51,997 nucleotides of DNA from a virus (taxonomy: Duplodnaviria > Caudoviricetes), in the IMG/VR virus record IMGVR_UViG_3300029319_000074, positions 1 to 51,997 of that record; one strand, 5' to 3'. Below are positions 9,410 through 17,186 of this stretch, one piece after another; the stretch's first letter is position 1, and each line of letters opens with the position of its first letter. Under the pieces are notes generated by a model. It searched no databases. It saw only the letters and a program-made list of their open reading frames with translations, and was not told the DNA's origin. Made by a program: the position numbers and the translations under genes.

Positions 9410-9606
9410 TATTTATAACCACCACCTTTAGCTTTATATTGTTTAGCTAAAAGCTGGGCTTTCCGAGCAGACCATTGTCCGGGTTTACCTCCTTTAGAAC
9501 CGGCTTTGATTCTCTCGAAAAGCCTCTTACGCATAGTAGGCTTGGTATAATTACCAGCTTTATTTACTGTCGACTTTCTTTTAGTCGCTGTCTTTTTTCT
9601 TGGCAT
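9409..9606 (-). CDS. Small basic protein (DUF5872-like N-terminal half)
   Basis: YTKP...KGGKPGQWSARKAQLLAKQYKAKGGGY. Confidence 0.6.
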   Translation of the reverse strand: MPRKKTATKRKSTVNKAGNYTKPTMRKRLFERIKAGSKGGKPGQWSARKAQLLAKQYKAKGGGYK

Positions 9607-9757
9607 TCTTATTCTCCTTTTTCTTAAAAATCATATCCCAATTTTTATCAAACTCTTCACGAGTAACATGTCCGGGTTTACCTTGGTTTCTCCTCATAGA
9701 TAATCTACCCTTTTGTTTATGTAAAGCTTTGAATGTTATGTTTCCTAAATGAGGCAT
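9581..9757 (-). CDS. Small basic hypothetical protein (58 aa)
   Basis: Manually read ORF MPHLGNITFKALHKQKG...EEFDKNWDMIFKK; start coupled to the iscU stop. Confidence 0.5.
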   Translation of the reverse strand: MPHLGNITFKALHKQKGRLSMRRNQGKPGHVTREEFDKNWDMIFKKKENKNAKKKDSD

Positions 9758-10176
9758 TATGTATAATAATTATGTTTTCTATGTGCAACTTTTTGTTCCC
9801 AATCTTTTATTGCTTGTCTTATACTATCTTCTGCTAGTACACTACAATGTAATTTAATTGCTGGTAGTTCTAAAGCTTCTGCTATATCTTTATCTTTAAT
9901 AAGTTTAGCTTCTTCTATAGTTTTACCTTTTAACATATCTACAAACATAGTAGAGGATGCGATTGCACTTCCACATCCATATGTTTTAAACTTAACATCT
10001 TCTATGACATCATTGTTTAATTTAATTTGTAGTTTCATAACATCACCACATGCAGGTGCACCCACCATACCTGTAGCAACATTAGGGTCTTTAGGGTCAA
10101 ACCTTCCAACAGAATGTTTTGCTGGATTGTTTAAAACACTTTCAAACCTATCAACTACCTTTTGTGAATATGCCAT
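9757..10176 (-). CDS. iscU: Fe-S cluster scaffold protein IscU (auxiliary metabolic gene)
   Basis: GAPACGDVM, FKTYGCGSAIASS and LPAIKLHCS: all three Cys plus an LPPVK-like HscA-binding motif. Confidence 0.92.
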   Translation of the reverse strand: MAYSQKVVDRFESVLNNPAKHSVGRFDPKDPNVATGMVGAPACGDVMKLQIKLNNDVIEDVKFKTYGCGSAIASSTMFVDMLKGKTIEEAKLIKDKDIAEALELPAIKLHCSVLAEDSIRQAIKDWEQKVAHRKHNYYT

Positions 10177-10467
10177 TTACCACTTCACCTTGTTAGCCCA
10201 AAAAGCTGCTGACATTTTACCTTTTGCAATGTTCTTTCTATGTCTAGCTTTAAAAGACTTTCGTTTCATTTTAATTCTACGAGATTCACCTGCTTTAGGT
10301 TTACCTGCAGTCTTTGCACCTTGTTGTCCAAATCTAATAGTTTTAATCTTGTCACCTTCTTTGGCAACAACTATGTGAGATTTAGTGGGGTGACTTGGAG
10401 TACGCTTGGGTTTATTATAACCACTTACTCCTGCTCGTTCTAATCTTGGGTCTTTCTTTTTAGCCAT
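10177..10467 (-). CDS. Small basic phage protein
   Basis: KTIRFGQQG...RKSFKARH...SAAFWANKVKW pattern. Confidence 0.6.
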   Translation of the reverse strand: MAKKKDPRLERAGVSGYNKPKRTPSHPTKSHIVVAKEGDKIKTIRFGQQGAKTAGKPKAGESRRIKMKRKSFKARHRKNIAKGKMSAAFWANKVKW

Positions 10468-10643
10468 TAGTGTATGGTCTCCTTTTTTTCTGGCAAGTTA
10501 TGAGTTAATTCATAGAGTTCACCTATGATTGTCAAAGCATACATGTCAGCTATCTCTATAGCTTTGTCAAGTGTTTCTGCTTTAATATATGGTCCTATTA
10601 AAGGTTTATCATCTTTGACAACTTCAGTCAGAAATATCTTCAT
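10467..10643 (-). CDS. Small hypothetical protein (58 aa)
   Basis: Manually read ORF MKIFLTEV...GPYIKA...KETIH; fills the gap between coupled genes. Confidence 0.5.
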   Translation of the reverse strand: MKIFLTEVVKDDKPLIGPYIKAETLDKAIEIADMYALTIIGELYELTHNLPEKKETIH

Positions 10644-11058
10644 AGTCTGCTTCTTCTAAGTCTAAAGGTTTTTTATCAGGCATTAAGAATATTCCACCAC
10701 TTTGAACATTATGATTAACATCAACTCTATCCACTTTACTTACACCTACTCTATCTAATAGAGTTGTAGCAGCAGCTAATTTGTTGTTTGCTTGTATTAT
10801 AGGTCTTTTAGAATCCATAATCTCTACAAGTTTAAATGCTGCTTTAGGTGCAGAGTTAGCTAATACTTCCTGAGTTAGTTCAAGTATCTCAGACTTTAAA
10901 GTCTTTACAACATGATGATAGTGTGAAGAGTACCCAGCAAGTTTTGCAGCCTCTTTTGCATCTCCTTGTGTTTCTACAAGGTGATTTAAGAAAGACTGTT
11001 GTTTTTCTGTGAGTTCTCTTTTACGAGTATTGTTATCTATGCTCGGAAGTATAGCCAT
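10624..11058 (-). CDS. terS: Terminase small subunit (start reassigned to ATG 11058)
   Basis: LTEKQQSFL...GDAKEAAKLAGYS HTH typical of TerS; promoter immediately upstream of 11058. Confidence 0.65.
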   Translation of the reverse strand: MAILPSIDNNTRKRELTEKQQSFLNHLVETQGDAKEAAKLAGYSSHYHHVVKTLKSEILELTQEVLANSAPKAAFKLVEIMDSKRPIIQANNKLAAATTLLDRVGVSKVDRVDVNHNVQSGGIFLMPDKKPLDLEEADYEDISD

Positions 11059-11065
11059 GTGTATT

Positions 11066-11094
11066 AGTATATAGTCATAAACCAGTTTTGTCAA
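11066..11094 (-). promoter_or_regulatory. sigma70 promoter for the late (- strand) operon
   Basis: TTGACA-17 nt-TATACT. Confidence 0.75.
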
Positions 11095-11120
11095 GTCTTT
11101 TAAAATATTTTCTAAAACTA

Positions 11121-11149
11121 TTGACAAAACGCAATATGAAGTATATAAT
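11121..11149 (+). promoter_or_regulatory. sigma70 consensus promoter
   Basis: TTGACA-17 nt-TATAAT. Confidence 0.8.
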
Positions 11150-11685
11150 AACATTGAGCCCTCCGGGGTCAAATAGTACCTATCAGGGGTTCTATTTCTA
11201 CCTAAATAAACTATCAAATACTACTTAAGGCTTTAAAGTTTATAGAGCCGGGTCGTAAACTAGATTTTAAAACTGGTTAATGTTCTGTTTTTGTAATTAT
11301 ATGCGACCATTACCTCTATATACGCCCCCCTCCCCCGTGCATCCTGCCCAGCCCCATAGACTTAGAAAACTACGGGGGGCTAGTACTTTAGCTGTACAAA
11401 AATTATACAGCCTTTATAGTTGTATAAAAATTGTACAGCCACTTTTCAGACTAGAAAGACTTCAAAGACTAGAGGAAAGCACATCAAAGTTTATCAAGTT
11501 TATCTAGTTTACACTCAGCCTTTAAAGTTTTAATGTCGGCTCAATACATAATAATTCAAGATATAGGGCGTGGGCGTTTACTTCAAAGGCTAAAATAATT
11601 TAATTAATTTAATATTTGCTATTGTGTTTAAACAGTATATCAAGTAAAATTATCTTATATTAAACAACACAAGGAGAAATTTAAT

Positions 11686-12279
11686 ATGAAAAATAATATA
11701 CAATATAGAGAAGAATGGCTGAATACAGTTGCTCAAGAACTGGATAAAAGGGCGTTTAAACCTAACGGGTATAAATTGCCACCAGTCAAAATTAGTTGTT
11801 CTTGGGCGTTAGGTAATAGAGCAAAGAATAAAACAACACTTGGGCAATGTTTTCCTAAAAGCTGGAGTGATGCAAATATCAATGAGATTGTAATAGTCCC
11901 AACAGTTGCTGATAGCTTTGAAATTGCTGATACACTTGCTCACGAGTTAGCTCATGCAGTTGATGACTGCAAATCTGGACACGGAAAAGGTTTCAGAAAA
12001 ATATGCCTAGCTGTTGGGCTTGATGGTGAATCTCAGATGAGATATGCAAAAGCTGGTGATATGTTAGCTGAGAAAATAAGAGCTATCATTGAAAAAATTG
12101 GCGAATATCCCCACGATAAAATGAATATATCAGATAGGAACAAACAAACAACCAGAAATATAAAGGTTGAATGTTCTGAGTGTGGATTCGGCTGGAGGGC
12201 ATCAAGAAGTATGATTGAAAGAATGGACAATTATACTTGCAATGGATGTGGTAATGATACGCTAACAATAGCAGTCTAA
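11686..12279 (+). CDS. SprT-like zinc metalloprotease with C-terminal Zn ribbon
   Basis: HELAH...GHGKGF; CSEC...CNGC; strong RBS. Confidence 0.75.
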   Translation: MKNNIQYREEWLNTVAQELDKRAFKPNGYKLPPVKISCSWALGNRAKNKTTLGQCFPKSWSDANINEIVIVPTVADSFEIADTLAHELAHAVDDCKSGHGKGFRKICLAVGLDGESQMRYAKAGDMLAEKIRAIIEKIGEYPHDKMNISDRNKQTTRNIKVECSECGFGWRASRSMIERMDNYTCNGCGNDTLTIAV

Positions 12280-12296
12280 TACTTCACAACCTTTAG

Positions 12297-12321
12297 AACC
12301 CCCTTGATTGGGGGTTTTTTT
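12297..12321 (+). terminator. Rho-independent terminator
   Basis: AACCCCC-TTGATT-GGGGGTT followed by a T run. Confidence 0.8.
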
Positions 12322-12513
12322 ATGCCTAAAATAAATATCCCCTACGAGCTACGGAGATGCTCTGTATTGAATCAGTTGACTAAGTAAGGCTCTACTATCT
12401 CTTTTTAAAAGTAATGGATTCTGTAAATGTCAATACCTAAATTAAAAAAAGTGTATTTATTTTTTTACCTATTGACTTTGTTAATAAAATACTGTAGCAA
12501 TTTATAAAAAATA

Positions 12514-12568
12514 ATTCACACAAAAGTTACAAAGTTGTCACAAAACTGTCACAATAATATGTTCTAAT
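12514..12568 (+). promoter_or_regulatory. Pho-box-like array 1 with -10 element
   Basis: ATTCAC/AGTTAC/TGTCAC/TGTCAC at 12514, 12525, 12536 and 12547 (11-bp period); TG-n-TCTAAT 10 nt downstream. Confidence 0.6.
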
Positions 12569-12613
12569 ACAGACTGTTTAAATAAATAACTAACACAAAG
12601 GAGGCGTTTAAAC

Positions 12614-12796
12614 ATGACAAGAAAAGATTACATTAAAATAGCAGATGTTTTTAAGTATGCTTATGATGAGGCAGAAGATATAAAGGAAAGAAGTATTCTT
12701 GATATTATGTTAGCTGAAATGATGCATACATTAAAAGCAGATAACAGCAGATTTGATAAGACCAGATTTGTAGACTACATAAACTTTAACAGATAG
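12614..12796 (+). CDS. Early hypothetical protein
   Basis: GGAGG RBS; MTRKDY...DNSRFDKTRF pattern. Confidence 0.65.
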   Translation: MTRKDYIKIADVFKYAYDEAEDIKERSILDIMLAEMMHTLKADNSRFDKTRFVDYINFNR

Positions 12797-12812
12797 GAGG
12801 CGTTTAAACACT

Positions 12813-12977
12813 ATGGAATATATAATATACAAGGACGGAAAAAAACTTTTTCAAGGAACTGAGGGAGAGATATATACATTTATGCACAGGAAGGAATCCT
12901 TTTCATTGGATTACTGCTGTAAATATATGGGCTACAAAATAGAAGAACTAAAACAGGAGGCGTTTAAACATGACTAA
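12813..12977 (+). CDS. Early hypothetical protein (54 aa)
   Basis: Manually read ORF MEYIIYKDGKKLF... after GGAGG. Confidence 0.5.
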   Translation: MEYIIYKDGKKLFQGTEGEIYTFMHRKESFSLDYCCKYMGYKIEELKQEAFKHD

Positions 12978-13323
12978 AAGACCAACAAATACTGATGATG
13001 TAATTGATAGTAGAGATATATTAGATTACATTTGGGAACATGAAGATAATGAAGACTTTAAGGAGGAAGTAGAAGCATTGCAAAAGATAGTGAATCAATA
13101 TTGTGATAACTATAAAGAAGGCTTGGCAGACTTAGAGTTTGGAGTGTTCTTTATTAGAGATGATTACTTTGAAGATTATATGTGGGATTACTTTTTAGAA
13201 TTTAATCAAGTAGATGAGGCTTTAGAGTGCTATATAGATATAGAGGCTTTTGCTCGTGACCAACAATATGAATATGATTGGGTTGACTTTGATGGAGAAC
13301 AATACTGGTATCGACAATGTTAA
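12970..13323 (+). CDS. Acidic early protein, ArdA-like antirestriction/DNA-mimic candidate
   Basis: Very D/E-rich; C-terminal YIDIEAFARD resembles the ArdA C-terminus. Confidence 0.45.
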   Translation: MTKRPTNTDDVIDSRDILDYIWEHEDNEDFKEEVEALQKIVNQYCDNYKEGLADLEFGVFFIRDDYFEDYMWDYFLEFNQVDEALECYIDIEAFARDQQYEYDWVDFDGEQYWYRQC

Positions 13324-13324
13324 T

Positions 13325-13379
13325 TGTTACAAGATTGTCACACAATTGTCATAAAACTGTAACAAAAGTATGCTAACAT
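13325..13379 (+). promoter_or_regulatory. Pho-box-like array 2 with extended -10
   Basis: TGTTAC/TGTCAC/TGTCAT/TGTAAC at 13325, 13336, 13347 and 13358; TG-c-TAACAT 10 nt downstream. Confidence 0.7.
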
Positions 13380-13414
13380 AACTACATAATTTAATAACAC
13401 AAAAGGAGAAAAGA

Positions 13415-13552
13415 ATGGAAGAATGGAAACAACAAGAATTTGACTTTAACGAATGGCAAGAAGAGGACTTTGAAAGTTTTGAAGACTTGACAGACATTAT
13501 AGTTAATGGTAAGATTAATATAGCTAATGATTGGCTAGAGTTTAAAAACTAG
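13415..13552 (+). CDS. Small acidic early protein (45 aa)
   Basis: AAGGAG RBS; MEEWKQQEFDFNEWQEEDFESFED... Confidence 0.5.
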   Translation: MEEWKQQEFDFNEWQEEDFESFEDLTDIIVNGKINIANDWLEFKN

Positions 13553-13569
13553 GAGGGCGTTTAAACATT

Positions 13570-13965
13570 ATGAAAAAATATAAAATATATACAGAAAAAG
13601 AATTAGAAATGTATCACTTCTTTGAAGTGCAAAAGGGAAACTTACGAGCATTAAGAGAACAAATAGAGACTCTAAGAAATGTAGTTCAATCTTTGAGTGA
13701 GTCTTTATATACAATATCAGACAATGCTAATTCTCAAAGTAGATATAACGACTATGATATTTTAGATAGAAACGGACAGGAGAGTTTTTGGAGAGCTAAT
13801 GAAGAATTTAAGATAGCTAGAAAAGAAGAAATAGATTCTTACAAACAAAAAGTTTTAGATTCTGATTGTGCTAGATTTGATATTGATGCTACTATGGAAA
13901 AAGTAGAAGGCTATCCAATAAAAGGTACTGAGCATACTATTAATTATAAGGAGGAAAGTAAATGA
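13570..13965 (+). CDS. Early hypothetical protein
   Basis: ORF with RBS in a tightly packed + strand array. Confidence 0.6.
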   Translation: MKKYKIYTEKELEMYHFFEVQKGNLRALREQIETLRNVVQSLSESLYTISDNANSQSRYNDYDILDRNGQESFWRANEEFKIARKEEIDSYKQKVLDSDCARFDIDATMEKVEGYPIKGTEHTINYKEESK

Positions 13966-14111
13966 GTAATCCAATATTAGAATATATAGAGGCAGTCAAT
14001 AAAATATATGCCACGAATCCACCAGAGATTGCTGGAGAGATGGTTAAGATAATGACTGAGGTGGCTATGCCAAAGACAATGTTTAAACAGGAGGAAGAAG
14101 ATGACACTTGA
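13962..14111 (+). CDS. Early hypothetical protein (49 aa)
   Basis: GGAGG RBS; MSNPILEYIEAVNK... Confidence 0.5.
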   Translation: MSNPILEYIEAVNKIYATNPPEIAGEMVKIMTEVAMPKTMFKQEEEDDT

Positions 14112-14376
14112 AATATATACTGATGCTTTAGATGTTTCAAAGTCTGAATTAGAAAACATGACTACAGAACAAAGAGTAGATGAACAATGTTATAACATTT
14201 TTGGAGATAACGATTGGTCTTATGTTAGCTGTGGTCAAAGTGGTTGGTCTAAAGAAGATATAGAAAAACATACAAGTTCAGGAGAATACACTTTATGTAA
14301 GGTTAAAGATATTGATGATTATGAATTTAAAATTATGGTTTATGGTAAGTCAATAGAGGAGGTGTCAGATGAGTAA
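14101..14376 (+). CDS. Early hypothetical protein
   Basis: ORF with RBS, overlapping its neighbours. Confidence 0.55.
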   Translation: MTLEIYTDALDVSKSELENMTTEQRVDEQCYNIFGDNDWSYVSCGQSGWSKEDIEKHTSSGEYTLCKVKDIDDYEFKIMVYGKSIEEVSDE

Positions 14377-14557
14377 TCATTATAACGACTTGGCATTTGA
14401 AAAGATTATGGAACAAGTAAGAGAAGATGATAACAACGGATTGTTAGAAGAAGAAATCTTTACTTACGAAACAAGGCTTGGACTTCATGCAGATGATGAC
14501 AGGGATGAGATACTGTATCAGATTGCAGAACAAAGAGCATGGGAGTTAGGAGTATGA
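14369..14557 (+). CDS. Small acidic early protein
   Basis: GGAGG RBS; D/E-rich. Confidence 0.55.
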   Translation: MSNHYNDLAFEKIMEQVREDDNNGLLEEEIFTYETRLGLHADDDRDEILYQIAEQRAWELGV

Positions 14558-14718
14558 GTAGAGATATAACAGAAATTATTGATGATTATTGTATGGCTAG
14601 ATATGGTCACACTAACTGGGCTTGGACAGATACTCTTAATGAAGAAGAACAAAGGATGATGTCAGAGCTTGGAGAGTTAGAAGGTAATATTATATTTTAT
14701 TATAAGGAGGTAGCATGA
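14554..14718 (+). CDS. Early hypothetical protein (54 aa)
   Basis: Manually read ORF MSRDITEIIDDYC...; ATGA coupling at both ends. Confidence 0.5.
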   Translation: MSRDITEIIDDYCMARYGHTNWAWTDTLNEEEQRMMSELGELEGNIIFYYKEVA

Positions 14719-14930
14719 CTTTATATGGAAGAGTGCAAGAGGTAGCTGTAAGAGACTTTGAGTTCTTACGATTGCTTTCAGAAGGTAGTCTGGACATGTT
14801 AGTAACAAAAGTTACTAATGAAGTTAAGAACACCGAAGGCGAGGACAGTAAGGAAGGCTACATATATCAATGTATTATGGAGGAGGTAGCACACTTAACG
14901 ACTAAAGGTTTGCTACTGGAGATGCAATGA
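14715..14930 (+). CDS. Early hypothetical protein
   Basis: GGAGG RBS; ATGA coupling. Confidence 0.55.
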   Translation: MTLYGRVQEVAVRDFEFLRLLSEGSLDMLVTKVTNEVKNTEGEDSKEGYIYQCIMEEVAHLTTKGLLLEMQ

Positions 14931-15035
14931 CAAAGACTAAAGAAGTAAACGGAGTACCTATACCAAAACACTTACAACATTTGAGTAAGAAGGCGTTGTT
15001 AGCTTTGATGTATATATTCCGAGGGAAGGGTTAGA

Positions 15036-15194
15036 ATGGCATTAAGAACTAAAGTAATACAAAGTATAGACCATGTTAAAAAGTCTACATCACAGGGCAT
15101 AGGAGGGCGTTCTAGGACTATTAAAATATCAACCAAACACATGAACAAAAACAAAAAGCGTTCATATAAAAAATATAGAGGACAAGGAAGATGA
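15036..15194 (+). CDS. Small basic protein ending KKYRGQGR (52 aa)
   Basis: Manually read ORF; I recall the KxYRGQG C-terminus as recurrent in small phage proteins. Confidence 0.55.
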   Translation: MALRTKVIQSIDHVKKSTSQGIGGRSRTIKISTKHMNKNKKRSYKKYRGQGR

Positions 15195-15424
15195 AAGTAA
15201 AACATTTAAAAACTAAAACAACAATAGAATTAACACCCGAAGGACTACATGTTTGGATTGGTAGGGTAAATAATTTAGAGCATATGTTAGATAACATAAC
15301 AGAAATGAATGATATGTATTTATCAGATGTAAATAATTTAAATATAATAAAGTTTGCATTAACCGATTTATTAAATTTAAAATGGAATAGAGATACATAT
15401 AAATGGGTTAAAGGTAGTAACTAA
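15191..15424 (+). CDS. Hypothetical protein
   Basis: Translationally coupled ORF. Confidence 0.55.
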   Translation: MKVKHLKTKTTIELTPEGLHVWIGRVNNLEHMLDNITEMNDMYLSDVNNLNIIKFALTDLLNLKWNRDTYKWVKGSN

Positions 15425-15795
15425 TGATTAAGAAATTTTTTTATTGGGTATCAGAATCTTGGAATGTGATTATGAATGTAAAATATAATCCACTAAAAAA
15501 TATTAACGAGCCATCAATACAAGCATACTTTATGTTAGTATTGTTTACAATGTGGTCAGTATTTTTTGGATTCATAGCTACATATTATCTAGGTTGGTAT
15601 GGCTACGATACTGTTACAAGCATTGTAGTTCATCTAACTGTATTGATTCCAGTTATATTTACCAATGCAGTATTCAAAGATGCAGAAAGGAATGGCGATA
15701 AGTGGTTCTTGATATTTAAAAGTGAACAAAAGAAACAAAAACTATTTAGCAGAGATGATAATATTGTTAAGTGGGATTTAGATAAGGAAGCATAA
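15424..15795 (+). CDS. Membrane protein (2 predicted TM helices)
   Basis: Hydrophobic stretches YFMLVLFTMWSVFFGFIATYYLG and IVVHLTVLIPVIF. Confidence 0.6.
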   Translation: MIKKFFYWVSESWNVIMNVKYNPLKNINEPSIQAYFMLVLFTMWSVFFGFIATYYLGWYGYDTVTSIVVHLTVLIPVIFTNAVFKDAERNGDKWFLIFKSEQKKQKLFSRDDNIVKWDLDKEA

Positions 15796-15796
15796 G

Positions 15797-15973
15797 ATGA
15801 AAGCAACAATGAATAAAGAAGAATACAGACACTTCACAGAGAGTCTAGTAATTATAAAACAAAAAGCAGACATAGATATTGCTCATACTGTTGAGTATCA
15901 AGGCGATAAATTTATAGTAGAGATACTAGATGATGTAAGTTTAGAGGGGCTAGATGAGATATTGGATGTTTAA
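15797..15973 (+). CDS. Hypothetical protein (58 aa)
   Basis: Manually read ORF MKATMNKEEYRHF... after AAGGA. Confidence 0.5.
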   Translation: MKATMNKEEYRHFTESLVIIKQKADIDIAHTVEYQGDKFIVEILDDVSLEGLDEILDV

Positions 15974-15986
15974 ACAGCATGAAAAT

Positions 15987-16041
15987 TGTCACAATATTGT
16001 CACACAAATGTCATCATATTGTAACAATAGTATGGTAGACT
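15987..16041 (+). promoter_or_regulatory. Pho-box-like array 3 with extended -10, upstream of the replication module
   Basis: TGTCAC/TGTCAC/TGTCAT/TGTAAC at 15987, 15998, 16009 and 16020; TG-g-TAGACT 10 nt downstream. Confidence 0.7.
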
Positions 16042-16186
16042 ATGCACATAAAAATATCTTGAGTAACCGAACAAGCCCTCTATCTCCATGTGTTAGTAGG
16101 TTTGGTTCTGACCACGACTCTGAGAGTAGTCGGCTCACAACTCTCATTTATTTAACAACTTCTTAACTAAATCATAGGAGGTATAT

Positions 16187-16600
16187 ATGATAGTAGAAGG
16201 AACGGGGTATTGGGCATCTATCAAGACACCTAATACCACTTTTGAACCCGTGTACACTATTAACTTAGTAGTGGAACAGGGTGTTGCTGATGACTTTGCA
16301 AGTCGTGGGCATACAATAAAGCAAATGGATGAAGGTCCGGCTTTGGTTATCAAGAGAAAGGTTAATGGTCCTAATGGTATGGTTAGGAATGCACCCAGAT
16401 TACTTGATTCCAATAAGCAAGACATCAATGTTGCTGTAGGGAATGGCTCTAAAGTTAGAGTTCAATGTAGTGAATACGAATGGGAGTATGCTGGTAAGTC
16501 AGGCAAGAGTCTTGACCTACAAGGTGTACAAGTCGTTGAGCTTGTTGAATACAAAGCTGAAGATGGGTCAGAATTTTTTGATGATAACGAGGAGTTTTAA
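16187..16600 (+). CDS. Single-stranded DNA-binding protein (T7 gp2.5-like)
   Basis: VGNGSKVRV and LQGVQVVELVEY motifs; acidic tail ending in Phe; precedes the primase. Confidence 0.75.
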   Translation: MIVEGTGYWASIKTPNTTFEPVYTINLVVEQGVADDFASRGHTIKQMDEGPALVIKRKVNGPNGMVRNAPRLLDSNKQDINVAVGNGSKVRVQCSEYEWEYAGKSGKSLDLQGVQVVELVEYKAEDGSEFFDDNEEF

Positions 16601-16602
16601 TA

Positions 16603-16866
16603 ATGATTATTACCATCAAAAATGATAGTGGCGAAACAGTTTATGATGTTTCAAAGATAGAGAATAGTGATTCCAGAATGAATGCTAGTGTTAGCATAAA
16701 TAAAATGGGAACACTAAATACTTTAGTTGAAGCACTAAACTTTGCTACACAAGGGCATCAAGGTAATCTTGAAACATTACTAGCTGATTGTCCAGAAGCT
16801 GTGGTGGAAACACCAACAGAAGAAGAAACTTCAACAGAAGATGATTCTTTAAACGAGGTATCGTAA
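16603..16866 (+). CDS. Hypothetical protein
   Basis: ORF with GAGGAG RBS. Confidence 0.55.
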   Translation: MIITIKNDSGETVYDVSKIENSDSRMNASVSINKMGTLNTLVEALNFATQGHQGNLETLLADCPEAVVETPTEEETSTEDDSLNEVS

Positions 16867-17186
16867 TATACTAGACTGATTTTTCCTCATGTGCGAGGGT
16901 GTTTCAATGTCGATAAATAACAAAACACAGCATTGCGAGGCAACTGTTTTGCTAGTTTCAAAGTCTCTAATAAAAAACTAGCATGAGGTGTGTTGCTTGA
17001 GATTGAGGACATTAAGTTGTCGATAGATTAGAAAGCATACACCTCGACAAGTGGCTAGGAGTGAGCTGTTGTAAAAGCCTTGCGTATATTGACAGTTGAG
17101 TCCTATACAAAAGTAGGTTACAGATGAAAGTAAATAAGAACTACCACCACCATGCACTAGCCACAATTTTTTACAGGAGATAGAAT

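Noticed and set aside
11059-11217. N-terminal extension of terS in the ORF track
   Set aside because: Spans two consensus promoters; the TerS-like sequence begins after Met at 11058
12514-16025. TCACA-containing repeats read as CRP sites (tempting given the cyclase) or as a CRISPR array
   Set aside because: They are 11-bp direct repeats, not TGTGA-N6-TCACA palindromes, and they have no spacers
16867-17186. tRNA or tmRNA in the large intergenic gap
   Set aside because: No cloverleaf with T-loop GTTCRA and CCA end recognised; kept only as an unclassified structured region
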